DNA of 64,000 nucleotides from Alphaproteobacteria bacterium (GTDB lineage Bacteria; Pseudomonadota; Alphaproteobacteria; Rickettsiales; UBA998): NCBI GenBank assembly GCA_004292675.1, contig RDXO01000020.1, positions 7 to 64,006 of the forward strand, read 5' to 3'. Shown piece by piece: positions 45,903 to 55,770 of this stretch (position 1 is its first letter; each line of letters starts with the position of its first letter). The notes under the pieces were generated by a model. It saw only the letters and a program-made list of their open reading frames with translations, ran no database searches and was not told where the DNA came from. The position numbers and the translations under genes were made by a program.

Positions 45903-48900
45903 ATGAAAAGTCGCACACGTTTTATTGTATTAGCATCGGGAGTTGCTGTCCTTGCTTTTGTTGGAAGTAGCTATCTTATCCCATCTTCGCAGGATTTGGC
46001 ACTGAGTAGCTATAAAGATAAAAATTATGAGCAGGCACTTGCCCTCTATCAACAAGAGATGAAGAATGGCAATCTAACACTTGATACGGCGGTGCATCTT
46101 TCTGGTACGCATTTACAATATGCACAAGTGGATGAGGCGATTACCGTGATGGAATCCTTTGTTGCCCAAAATCCAACCCATGTGGAAGCACTGAAAGAAC
46201 TCGGGCGACTCTATCAATATGGACAAAAACCTGAGAAATATTTGGAAGTGCTTGAGAAACTCAATCAGATGAAAGACGCTTCGTTTGATTCTGAGACGTT
46301 AATTACTAATTATACGATTACTCAAAATGATGCGCGGGCTGTGCCACTGATGCTTGAACGCGTTATGAATGAACAATCGAATAATCCGCAAGAGTTCCGC
46401 GATTTGATCTATCTTTTGGCGGTTGGAAAAAAATATGAGAAGGCACTGCAGGTGCATGATCAATTCTTTAGCCGTTTCCCCAAGCATATGACCTTTGCCG
46501 ATCATGAAACGGCGTTGCGTATTTATGCAGATATGGGTAAGATCAGTGAATTAAAGGCGTATGCACAACGCTTGCATGAGACAAAGTTGCACTCCTCTGA
46601 CATTGGCAGGGTTGCTACGATCTTGCTATATAAAGCGTCACCCAATGCAGCATTGGAGTTTATGCAGCCTTATGCTGATAAGGCACTCGTGGATAAGGAG
46701 TTGTTCGGGCAGTATCTCACTATTTTGATGGCGAGTGAGCATCGTAAAAAAGCCTATGCCCTAACGTTAGGGTTGCATCGTGAAGGCGGATTGGATCTTC
46801 GTTTTGAAGATGAGCTTCTTGACCTTGCGAATGAATTTGGCAATGATGCCATTTATGAAGAAGTACGCGAAACGATAGCTTATGACCTGTTGAGTGAGCA
46901 GGAATTGGTGCAGTTATTACAGATTGCATTGGTGCGCAATGATCCCAAGCTGCTTGCCCATGTGCGCCCCTATGCGCAGCAATTAGCGCAACAGAAAAAT
47001 GATAGTTATTTGCGAGCATTGTTGGTTGTCGCGGATGGGCAGGGGGGCAATATGGGCGTTGTGGTAGATACCATGCGCAATGAGCCAAGTTTTGCGCGAC
47101 GTTTGCAATTAGCAAGCCTATGTTCGCTTCGCAAAATGACAGGGTGCGTTGATGCCTTTATGGAGCAGCTCCCTGAAGCCTCTACCTTGTCGGATCAAGA
47201 ATTAATGTCCGTGGTGATGCTCTTGCAAGATCGTAGACGCTATGATGAAGCCTTCGCATTGATTGATGCTGCCAAAACGGCGCGTCCGAATGCTTCGTTT
47301 GAGGCTGTGTGGTTTCCCTTGGCGGTGCGTTCGATGAGCCTAGACGATGTGGAAAATTATCTTCGTGACGCTCCTGCACTGGATGCCAATAGCTATGCCC
47401 GCGCTTATTTTCTTGCGATGGATACCAAACTTCACGATAAAGCGATTATGTTGGGTGAGCATATGGTGGCGATGGAGGATAATAAGCAACATCGTGATTA
47501 TGTGTTGCAAGCCTATTTTGCTGGCGGACGTTATGAAGATATTATCGAGCAACTGCGTACTAATAAGGGCGATAGCGCACAAGCAGAAGAAAATTATCTG
47601 TTCGCGCTTGCCAAACTCGCGCCACGCAATGCCAAGTTTGCGAACGAATTAGCGGATTATGCCATGGGGGTTTTGAACTCCTCTCCGTCGCAAGAACGGC
47701 GTATGGCAATGATTTACACCATGATCGCAGCCAAACAACAAGGGCGCATCATGCCCTATGTGCGTGATTTGGCATTGAAGAACCCTAAGGAATGGGCGTT
47801 TTTATATGCGGATTATCTGAAAGGATCGCAAGGCTCTAAGGGTGTTACCGATTTTTGGCTGGAAGTTGCTGATCGTCATCCGCAGGATACAAAATTACAA
47901 TCGCAAATTGCGTATAATATACTAGAGCAAGGCAATCATGATGCCGCTATTGGACTGTTTGAAAAGATCGCAGCAGGTAGATCGCCCGATGATCCGCTGG
48001 TGAAGCAGTTGGTGTATTTATGGTCACCGCTTTATCCTGAGGCAGGGATTGCATGGCTTTCTGAGCGTGCTGAGCAAAGCACAGAACCGCAAGAAAAACT
48101 CGCATGGTTGCGCATGATCGCCAATGGTGTATCCGATGATGCGTTGCTGGAGTTGGCGCAGCGTCATCCTGATCTTTTGGCATTGCCTGATGTGGAGCAG
48201 CGTTATGTCTCTGCATTGAAGCGTGCTACGACGCCTGAGCAATGGCAACATGTCATCCATAGCTATCTTCAGCCACGCATTGATCAAGCCCAAACCGTGC
48301 AACCTTTGTTGCGTTATGCGGAGCTAGCAGGGCAACAAAAAGCACATGATATGCAAGAATTGGCGTATCGCAAAGCGTTGAGTATGTCCCCGAACAACCC
48401 GATTATCTTAGGGAAATTAGGTGCTTATTATCATAGCCGTGCGGATTACAGCAAAGCGCGTGAGACGTTGACGCAATATTTTGCTAATCCTTTGCCGTCT
48501 TTACCCGCCACGGCTGAAGCGTACCGTCCGCATTTTGTTTATGCGGAATTATTCCGTATGCAACGGGATGATAAGCAAGCGCGCAAATATTATAAAGAGC
48601 TTGTAGCAGCAGCATCAGCAGCCGATGATCGTGATGTCGAGTTTCATTCAATGGCAGCGCGGTCACTGATGTATGGTGATTTTGTCAATGAAGGTAAGGC
48701 AATTTTTGAGCGCATGATTAAGGCGAATCCTGAGAATCGTCAATTACGCGCTGATTATTCTGCAGCCCTGATTGAAGTCCATGATCGTGATGTGGCAGAA
48801 CAATCCTTAGCATCGTGGAAAAATCCGCTGGATGGGGCAGATCGTGCGTATGAGCCTATCGCACTTTCTGGACTTCATGCGTCCGCCTATAGTTTGCTGG

Positions 48901-50309
48901 ATGGTGATCGCCGTTTGGTGTTGGTGCATCGTGATAAAACGGATGTGCGTGCTATGGCGGTTGGTAGCGATGAATCGACTTCACACCGCATTGCCGCATT
49001 AGAGCAGCAGCCATGGGTAGCTTATGGTACGGAAGGTGAGCGCGAAACTATGGTTGTTGCGAAAGAGGGCTATCGCTTTGAAGTGACGAAGACCTCGAAT
49101 CAAGAATTATGGTTGATGCCTGTGCGTGATAAGAGTGTGGAGGCACGCGAACTTGACCAAGCATTTGCGGTGCAGAATGAATTGATGCAGGCGCGTCTTG
49201 AAGTGGAGACGGGTAGGGGCTATGCAGCGGATAAGCGATCCTATGCTCTGGCGCAGCAACATCCGCACAATGCGCAAGTGTTAGGCTTTGCTGCCAATGT
49301 TGATAATTTTGTTGGCAATCCACAACGGGCGCGTCGTTTGATTCAGCGCGCCTCGGATCTGCAACCTGAAAATGAAGATATTATGGCGTTGAAGCGTGTC
49401 ATTGATTTTGTTCATGCGCCGAATGTTTTTGCCGATGTTGAATCTCGCATGTTGGGGGATAATAATGAGGTGATTCAAACTATCGGTGGTTCTGTGGATG
49501 TCACGGATACGACGCAGGTGGGAGTTGTGCTGCAAAATAATGACGTATCGTCTACAACCGTGCGGTTGCCTGATGGGCGTTCTGAGAAATTTGATGTTGA
49601 ACGTCAGCGTGCCGAATTGTTTGTACGCCATTCTGCCGAAGATGATGGTGCGGAATCGCAACTATCCTTCTTTGCGAATAATGATACGCCGGGGGTTGGT
49701 GTTTCTCATGGTTTTGCCAATGAATATGGCTATAGTCGCGCAAGCCTTGAATATCACCGTCCATTTTGGGAGTTTGTTGAAGGAATCATTGATGATGCGA
49801 CACGGGATCGGGCTGCTGTGATGCATCGTTATAGCCCTGATGATAAATATACCTATGTCGGTGAATTGGGGATCAATAGCTATAATACGGAATATCAGAA
49901 GAATTCTTCTAACACTGTATCATTCAATGGTTCAGTGATACGACGTATTTATGATGTGCCATATGTTGCCGTAGGCTATAATCTTGATGCGGAATATGAA
50001 ACATCTGAGAAGAATGGGCGCGATGCACAAGGAGTGCCTTATCAATTATTCCCGATGGATAGTCGGGAAGTGCATTCTGTCAACATCCTTGCGAATCATA
50101 ATATTACGCCTGATACGACTGCCGAAGGGTTGCTTGGCTTTGGTATTGATCGCATGTCGGGTGATGCCGGCCCTGCTGGAGAAGCGCGGGTGACGCATTT
50201 CCTTACTGATCGCTTGGCAGTACAAGGGCGCGCTGCATATGGGTTTCGCGGTGGTCCTGCTCAGGGTGATTTAACCCGTGTGGGCGTTCGCTTGCAATAT
50301 CAATATTAA
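45903..50309 (+). CDS. pelB: PelB-like TPR scaffold plus outer-membrane beta-barrel export protein (1468 aa)
   Basis: An N-terminal TM/signal, a very long helical TPR-like region, and a C-terminal ~400 aa with alternating beta-strand pattern ending ...VGVRLQYQY (aromatic terminus). Its position matches pelB. Confidence 0.75.
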   Translation: MKSRTRFIVLASGVAVLAFVGSSYLIPSSQDLALSSYKDKNYEQALALYQQEMKNGNLTLDTAVHLSGTHLQYAQVDEAITVMESFVAQNPTHVEALKELGRLYQYGQKPEKYLEVLEKLNQMKDASFDSETLITNYTITQNDARAVPLMLERVMNEQSNNPQEFRDLIYLLAVGKKYEKALQVHDQFFSRFPKHMTFADHETALRIYADMGKISELKAYAQRLHETKLHSSDIGRVATILLYKASPNAALEFMQPYADKALVDKELFGQYLTILMASEHRKKAYALTLGLHREGGLDLRFEDELLDLANEFGNDAIYEEVRETIAYDLLSEQELVQLLQIALVRNDPKLLAHVRPYAQQLAQQKNDSYLRALLVVADGQGGNMGVVVDTMRNEPSFARRLQLASLCSLRKMTGCVDAFMEQLPEASTLSDQELMSVVMLLQDRRRYDEAFALIDAAKTARPNASFEAVWFPLAVRSMSLDDVENYLRDAPALDANSYARAYFLAMDTKLHDKAIMLGEHMVAMEDNKQHRDYVLQAYFAGGRYEDIIEQLRTNKGDSAQAEENYLFALAKLAPRNAKFANELADYAMGVLNSSPSQERRMAMIYTMIAAKQQGRIMPYVRDLALKNPKEWAFLYADYLKGSQGSKGVTDFWLEVADRHPQDTKLQSQIAYNILEQGNHDAAIGLFEKIAAGRSPDDPLVKQLVYLWSPLYPEAGIAWLSERAEQSTEPQEKLAWLRMIANGVSDDALLELAQRHPDLLALPDVEQRYVSALKRATTPEQWQHVIHSYLQPRIDQAQTVQPLLRYAELAGQQKAHDMQELAYRKALSMSPNNPIILGKLGAYYHSRADYSKARETLTQYFANPLPSLPATAEAYRPHFVYAELFRMQRDDKQARKYYKELVAAASAADDRDVEFHSMAARSLMYGDFVNEGKAIFERMIKANPENRQLRADYSAALIEVHDRDVAEQSLASWKNPLDGADRAYEPIALSGLHASAYSLLDGDRRLVLVHRDKTDVRAMAVGSDESTSHRIAALEQQPWVAYGTEGERETMVVAKEGYRFEVTKTSNQELWLMPVRDKSVEARELDQAFAVQNELMQARLEVETGRGYAADKRSYALAQQHPHNAQVLGFAANVDNFVGNPQRARRLIQRASDLQPENEDIMALKRVIDFVHAPNVFADVESRMLGDNNEVIQTIGGSVDVTDTTQVGVVLQNNDVSSTTVRLPDGRSEKFDVERQRAELFVRHSAEDDGAESQLSFFANNDTPGVGVSHGFANEYGYSRASLEYHRPFWEFVEGIIDDATRDRAAVMHRYSPDDKYTYVGELGINSYNTEYQKNSSNTVSFNGSVIRRIYDVPYVAVGYNLDAEYETSEKNGRDAQGVPYQLFPMDSREVHSVNILANHNITPDTTAEGLLGFGIDRMSGDAGPAGEARVTHFLTDRLAVQGRAAYGFRGGPAQGDLTRVGVRLQYQY

Positions 50310-50338
50310 TTTGAATTACACTAGGTCACGAGAAAACT

Positions 50339-51700
50339 ATGGAATATGATACATTAATATTAGACAAAAAACACAAATATTTTCTGGGATTGCGGGTCTC
50401 TGCATTGCTGGAGATCGCACTGTTTCTTGGGCTAGCCCTTTTGATTAATCTGGTGTTTGGCGGAAGCCCGCGCTTTATTGCATCCCAGCCGCATCCTTTT
50501 TGGATTTTGATTCTTTTGGTATCCGCACAATATGGATCAAATGAGGGGTTGGCTGCCGTGATGGCATCGACTTTGGTGCTGTTGGTTGGCAATATTCCCG
50601 AACAACGTGTGGATCAAGATGCCTATGATTGGTTGTTTTCTATCGCCTATGTGCCGTTAATGTGGATGGTTACAGCAACGATTTTAGGATTATTGCGTCA
50701 ACGCCACATACGTGAACGTGACGAACTGAAGCGCGTATTGCTTGAGACGGGCGATAGGGAACGCACTTTTGCATCATCTTATGAAAAATTGCGCACACGT
50801 AAAGAGCAATTAGAGTTGAATGTTGCGGGGCGCGTGCGTACTGAGATTGGGGCGTTGCGTGCAGCAAAAGCGATGGAAAAACTTGATCCTGAATCAGTGA
50901 TCATGGGCGTGATTACCATGATTGAAGCGGCTTTGGGTGCTGAGAAATTTTCTCTTTATCTGTTGTCGGGCGATACGCTCACGCGGCATAGTACGCATGG
51001 CTGGAGCGAAGCAGATTATGAACGGCTCGATGAAGAATATCGCGTGCAAGATCCGTTATATCAACGGGTGATGGTGCGTCATGAAACACTGTGCATTGTC
51101 AATGAAGCGCATGAAATGGTTTTGAATGATCAAGGGGTATTGGCAGGACCATTGCTGGATGTGGAAACAGGGGCTGTCCTTGGAATGCTGAAGATTGAAG
51201 CGATTCCTTTCCTTGAATTAAACTTGGAAACGGTGCAAATGTTCCGTGCCTTGTGTGAGTGGATTGCACTTGCGTTGAACAATGCACGCTATTATCAAAG
51301 TGCCGTTGATAATAGCATGATTAACCCCATGCATAATCTGATGACGCGTGGCTTCTTTAATCGCTATAAGGATTACATCACGGCATTGGCGCAACGTCTG
51401 AAATTTAGTGTCTATACGCTCGATGTCAATGTGACGAATTTCCAATCCTTGGATGCTGATACGCGTGTGCGTGTGGCGCGGTTGTTGGCGAACGTGGTAG
51501 AGCGTACTTTGCGTGGTGTGGATTTCGCGTTCGATCATCAAGAGATAAGCGGGAATTATGCGATTGTGCTTCCTGCAACGCATCTGGAAGGTGCGCGCAT
51601 TGTGCGTGAAAAAATCGAAAAGGAATTGCAGCGTGTAGCAGCGCAACAAGTGCGTGGTGTGCATTTCTCCTATTCCTTAACCGCACTGCATGAGGCTTAA
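50339..51700 (+). CDS. pelD: PelD-like c-di-GMP receptor (4 TM + GAF + degenerate GGDEF)
   Basis: Four N-terminal TM helices, a GAF-like middle, and a C-terminal GGDEF-fold remnant with RGVD (RxxD) five residues upstream of a degenerate QEISG in place of GGDEF. Confidence 0.75.
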   Translation: MEYDTLILDKKHKYFLGLRVSALLEIALFLGLALLINLVFGGSPRFIASQPHPFWILILLVSAQYGSNEGLAAVMASTLVLLVGNIPEQRVDQDAYDWLFSIAYVPLMWMVTATILGLLRQRHIRERDELKRVLLETGDRERTFASSYEKLRTRKEQLELNVAGRVRTEIGALRAAKAMEKLDPESVIMGVITMIEAALGAEKFSLYLLSGDTLTRHSTHGWSEADYERLDEEYRVQDPLYQRVMVRHETLCIVNEAHEMVLNDQGVLAGPLLDVETGAVLGMLKIEAIPFLELNLETVQMFRALCEWIALALNNARYYQSAVDNSMINPMHNLMTRGFFNRYKDYITALAQRLKFSVYTLDVNVTNFQSLDADTRVRVARLLANVVERTLRGVDFAFDHQEISGNYAIVLPATHLEGARIVREKIEKELQRVAAQQVRGVHFSYSLTALHEA

Positions 51701-52823
51701 AATTATGGTTCATTTTTATCGTGCGCCGTATGAATCGGTGCGATCCTATTTTGATGATATTGATGTGCATGAGCTATTGCAGGTGCGTAGCAGTGATGAG
51801 TTGATTTCATTAGTGCTTGGGGTGGTTTGGGCGTTTCTGCATGGGTTAAATATCTATGGGGTCTTTTGGGAAGGATTAGAACCGATCTATGGCTTCATTA
51901 TTCACCTTATTCTCACCTTGGTGTTGGTCGTGGTGACGATGACGCTAAAAACCATGGGGCGCGATATTCGGCATCTCTATGTGTTGGTGGTGACAAGCAG
52001 CGTGGCAGGCATTTTTGGTGCTGCGGGTATTGTGCTTACCTCAATTTTAACCTTGGTCTATAAACGCTTTGCCTTGCCTTTTTCGGAATGGTACAAAGCC
52101 ATTTATCCTGATTTTAGTTTCAGCCATGAACAGCAAATGTATGAATCTATTGCAAGTGGCAAGGATGAAAGTGTGCGTCATTATAGCGTGCTTTCCTTTG
52201 CTGATGTGATGGCACTTGGAACAGAACATCAAAAACGTCGCGCCCTGACGCGTATGACGGATTTGTTCCATCCTTCTTTTGCGCCCGTATTGCGCCATGC
52301 ATTGCAAGATGAAAGTAACACGATTCGGGTGCAGGCAGCATCGTCTATCACGCGCATTGAGCGGCAATTTGTTGAAACCATGATGGCACTGGAGCGTTTG
52401 GAGAAGAAGAATCCTGAGGATATGCAACTGAAATTAGGTTTAGCGCGTTATTATGATAGCTATGCTTTTACAGGCGTATTGGATCAAGGGCGTGAACATG
52501 CAAACCGCACCAAGGCTATTGTCTATTATGAACATTATCTTGAGGCGCACCCTGAAGATAATGATGCACGCATTGAACTTGCACGCTTGCTTATGCGAAC
52601 GCAGCAACATGGGCGCGTCATTGAGCTATTTCGTGAGTTAAAAAAAGAAGGATTGGCAAATAAGCGTGTGACGTTGTGGTTATTGGAAGCATATTATGAT
52701 GCGGGTGATTTTGTGGAATTGCGCCGTTTGGCAGCGCAATGTACGCATCTTTTAGAAGAACTACGCGATATTCGTCCGCGTTTGGTTCGTAGTATTGCCT
52801 TTTGGGGAGGAGTCTCAGAATGA
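51690..52823 (+). CDS. pelE: PelE-like inner-membrane TPR protein
   Basis: N-terminal TM helices followed by TPR-like repeats (ARYYDSYAF..., YYEHYLEAHPEDNDARIELARLL). Positioned between pelD and pelF with overlapping boundaries. Confidence 0.65.
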   Translation: MRLKIMVHFYRAPYESVRSYFDDIDVHELLQVRSSDELISLVLGVVWAFLHGLNIYGVFWEGLEPIYGFIIHLILTLVLVVVTMTLKTMGRDIRHLYVLVVTSSVAGIFGAAGIVLTSILTLVYKRFALPFSEWYKAIYPDFSFSHEQQMYESIASGKDESVRHYSVLSFADVMALGTEHQKRRALTRMTDLFHPSFAPVLRHALQDESNTIRVQAASSITRIERQFVETMMALERLEKKNPEDMQLKLGLARYYDSYAFTGVLDQGREHANRTKAIVYYEHYLEAHPEDNDARIELARLLMRTQQHGRVIELFRELKKEGLANKRVTLWLLEAYYDAGDFVELRRLAAQCTHLLEELRDIRPRLVRSIAFWGGVSE

Positions 52824-54337
52824 TTAAACATCATCGTCCATCACGCACGCAGGATGTTGCAGATATTTGTTTTGTGCTAGAAGGCACATATCCCTATGTA
52901 CGTGGGGGTGTATCTTCATGGACGCATGAGATGATCGCCACGCACAGCAATCTTACCTTTCATTTGATTTGTTTGCTTCCCGGAACAGAACAACCCACGA
53001 TGAAGTATAGTTTGCCTGCAAATGTACTGAGTATCACTGATGTATTTTTAGGTGACATACCATCGGTGCGTTCTAGCCCATCGCGCAACATTATGGAAAT
53101 ACTTCGTCCCGCCATGACGCGGATGGCGCATGATGATGCGCATTTTGAGGATTTTTTCTCGCTGGTGGAAACATTTGCGACGCATCGCAAACATCTTGAT
53201 GCGGATTATCTGCTGAATAGCCGTGATGCATGGGAGTGCTTAGAACAAATGTATCATGAAGGCTATGATGGTACATCGATGTTGGATTATTTTTGGTCAT
53301 GGCGTGCTTTGTTCGGTGGCATTTTCTCGATCTTACTTGCGCCTTTGCCTGAAGCGAAAGTCTATCATACTTTATGTACGGGCTATGCAGGCTTGCTTGC
53401 CGCACGTGCGAAAATTGAGAAGAAACGCCCTGTCTTAGTAACGGAACATGGTATTTATACCAATGAGCGACGTGTTGAGATTTCCTCCGCTGATTGGCTG
53501 GGTGAAACAGCGGTAACGCAACTTACCATTGATACACTCCATGCGAGTTTGCGTGATTTTTGGATGCAGACTTTTGCGAGTGCTTCACGCATGTGTTATG
53601 CGGCCTGTGATCAGATTATTACGCTTTATTCGGGCAATCAGAAAGCGCAATTATTGGATGGTGCGCATCAGGATAAAATGTCCATTATCCCTAATGGCGT
53701 GGATGTGGCACGTTTTTCAACGATTCATCCTGTGCAGCATGAAACCCCGACGATTGCGATGATTGGACGCGTTGTGCCGATTAAAGATGTGAAGAATTTT
53801 ATTATGGCTTGTGCTGCAATCCGTGATGCTTTGGGTGATCTTAAGGTATATATTCTTGGTGCGATGGATGAAGATATTGACTATGTGGAAGAGTGCAAAA
53901 TGCTCGTGCAGCATTTATTGCTTGAGCAGATAGTTGAGTTTACGGGCGCGGTGACGATTGATGATTATTTGCCAAAGATTGATGTGGTGGTCTTTACCTC
54001 CGTATCAGAAGCGCAACCATTAGTGATTTTGGAAGCAGGGGCATCAGGCATCCCCATTGTTAGTACGGATGTTGGGGCGTGTAGTGAAATGATTCACGGG
54101 GCGATAGATGAGCAACCCATGATTGGTAGTGGTGGGGAGATTGTTCCGCTTGCGAACCCGACTTTGGTAGCGCACGCCGTATTACGTTTATTGACTGATC
54201 CTGCCTATTATCAGAGCTGTTCTGATAATATTCGCAAACGCGTTTATCGTTATTACACCAAGGATCAACAAAAAAAGGCATATGCGGATTTATACGATCA
54301 TTATATCCAGCTTTCAGAACGTAAAGAGGTAGCATAA
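52820..54337 (+). CDS. pelF: PelF-like GT4-family glycosyltransferase
   Basis: N-terminal ICFVLEGTYPYVRGGVSSW and a C-terminal GT4 E(x7)E-type region (SVSEAQPLVILEAGASGIPIV). The start at 52820 (ATGA overlap with pelE) is preceded by GGAGGAG. Confidence 0.85.
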   Translation: MIKHHRPSRTQDVADICFVLEGTYPYVRGGVSSWTHEMIATHSNLTFHLICLLPGTEQPTMKYSLPANVLSITDVFLGDIPSVRSSPSRNIMEILRPAMTRMAHDDAHFEDFFSLVETFATHRKHLDADYLLNSRDAWECLEQMYHEGYDGTSMLDYFWSWRALFGGIFSILLAPLPEAKVYHTLCTGYAGLLAARAKIEKKRPVLVTEHGIYTNERRVEISSADWLGETAVTQLTIDTLHASLRDFWMQTFASASRMCYAACDQIITLYSGNQKAQLLDGAHQDKMSIIPNGVDVARFSTIHPVQHETPTIAMIGRVVPIKDVKNFIMACAAIRDALGDLKVYILGAMDEDIDYVEECKMLVQHLLLEQIVEFTGAVTIDDYLPKIDVVVFTSVSEAQPLVILEAGASGIPIVSTDVGACSEMIHGAIDEQPMIGSGGEIVPLANPTLVAHAVLRLLTDPAYYQSCSDNIRKRVYRYYTKDQQKKAYADLYDHYIQLSERKEVA

Positions 54338-54338
54338 T

Positions 54339-55739
54339 ATGGCAGGCATCGGTTTTGAGTTAAAAAAACTCACCAATCATGATAATTTAATTGGCGTGAT
54401 GCACGCCTATCTTAGTGCAGGTTTTGCTGCTGCTGGTCCGTGGCTGTTCACGGCATTGGCACTTGGCGGGATCACTATGCTGTATGCGCAAAATATGTCG
54501 GTGGAAGCGTTGATTGAATTCCGCGTGGTGTTGGTCTATAATCTTGCAGCATCATTGGTGCTTTCCGCGCCTGTTTTTATGGTGGTAACGCGCTATATTG
54601 CGGATGCGATTATTGCAAAAGATGTTACCAATATACCCTCCGCCATGCTCGGCTGTTTGGTGGTGTTGATCGCCATACAAATTCCTGTGGCGTTTTTTTT
54701 CTATGGTTATTATTTTGAATTGCCGCTTGCGTTTCGCTTATCCGCGATTGCCAATCTGTTTTTGCTTACCTGCGTCTGGTTGCTTGGTGTGTTTTTGATG
54801 GCACTGAAAGATTTCAAATCCGTCAACCTTGCCTATGGCGTGGGTATGCTTGTGGCGGTCTTTTTAGCGCACTGGCTTCGTGCGGATTATGGCGCAACGG
54901 GCATGATGAACGGCTTTAATGTCGGGATTATGATTATTGTATTTACGCTTTCTGCAAAAGTGTTTGCGGAATATCCGTATTTTTATGGTCGTCCGTTTTC
55001 CTATATTGCAATGTTCCGTCCGTATTATCAATTAGCGGTGGGCGGAGTATTTTATAATTTAGCGATCTGGATTGATAAGCTGATTATGTGGTTTGCGCCA
55101 CAGCGTACCTTGCTTGAGCCAAGTAATTTGCGGTATTATTCTGATTATGATAGCGCGATGTTTCTTGCCTACATCACCATTGTACCTGCGATGGCATTAT
55201 TCTTCTTTAGTGTAGAAACGCATTTCTTCCAATTTTATCGTCGTTTTTATGATGATATTCTTGAGCATAAATCGTTGAGTCAGATCAAAAAATCTGGTGA
55301 GCGGTTGATTAATTCTGTGTTGTACCATGCGCGTACCTTCCTTGTGCTGCAAGGCGCGATTGTCTTTTTATGTGTGATGCTTGCACCGCAATTAATGGAA
55401 GCGTTTTCCTATAATTATCGACAAATAGGGATATTCCGTTTGGGCGTGTTGGGGGGGATGTTCCACGTATTAGCATTATTTGGAATGATTGTGCTTTCTT
55501 ATTTTGATAGCCGTTCCCGCGTGATGTGGTTGCAATGTTTCTTCTTGGTGAGTAACGCAGTTTTTACCATTATTACTTTATATCTAGGGTTTAGTTTCTA
55601 TGGCTATGGGTATTTTTTATCGTCGCTACTTACCTTTATGTTGACGATGGCGGTACTGTTTCGCTTTATGGGTGATTTACCCTATCATGCGTTTGTGACG
55701 CATAATAATGCGATACGTATTCAGCGAGCTATTTCGTAA
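54339..55739 (+). CDS. pelG: PelG-like polytopic membrane protein (PST/MATE-like exporter component)
   Basis: MAGIGFELKKL N-terminus and about 12 TM segments. It is the last gene of the cluster. Confidence 0.85.
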   Translation: MAGIGFELKKLTNHDNLIGVMHAYLSAGFAAAGPWLFTALALGGITMLYAQNMSVEALIEFRVVLVYNLAASLVLSAPVFMVVTRYIADAIIAKDVTNIPSAMLGCLVVLIAIQIPVAFFFYGYYFELPLAFRLSAIANLFLLTCVWLLGVFLMALKDFKSVNLAYGVGMLVAVFLAHWLRADYGATGMMNGFNVGIMIIVFTLSAKVFAEYPYFYGRPFSYIAMFRPYYQLAVGGVFYNLAIWIDKLIMWFAPQRTLLEPSNLRYYSDYDSAMFLAYITIVPAMALFFFSVETHFFQFYRRFYDDILEHKSLSQIKKSGERLINSVLYHARTFLVLQGAIVFLCVMLAPQLMEAFSYNYRQIGIFRLGVLGGMFHVLALFGMIVLSYFDSRSRVMWLQCFFLVSNAVFTIITLYLGFSFYGYGYFLSSLLTFMLTMAVLFRFMGDLPYHAFVTHNNAIRIQRAIS

Positions 55740-55770
55740 ATGGATTTCGTAATGGATAAGGAGTGATTCA

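Noticed and set aside
42544-55739. Alternative identities for the polysaccharide locus: PNAG/pga, cellulose/bcs, alginate or Psl.
   Set aside because: There is no GT2 processive synthase (PgaC/BcsA/Alg8-like), no PilZ domain and no Wzx/Wzy pair. The GT4 enzyme with the EGTYPYVRGGVSSW start, the MAGIGFELKKL 12-TM protein, the GAF/degenerate-GGDEF receptor and the TPR-porin are the Pel combination.
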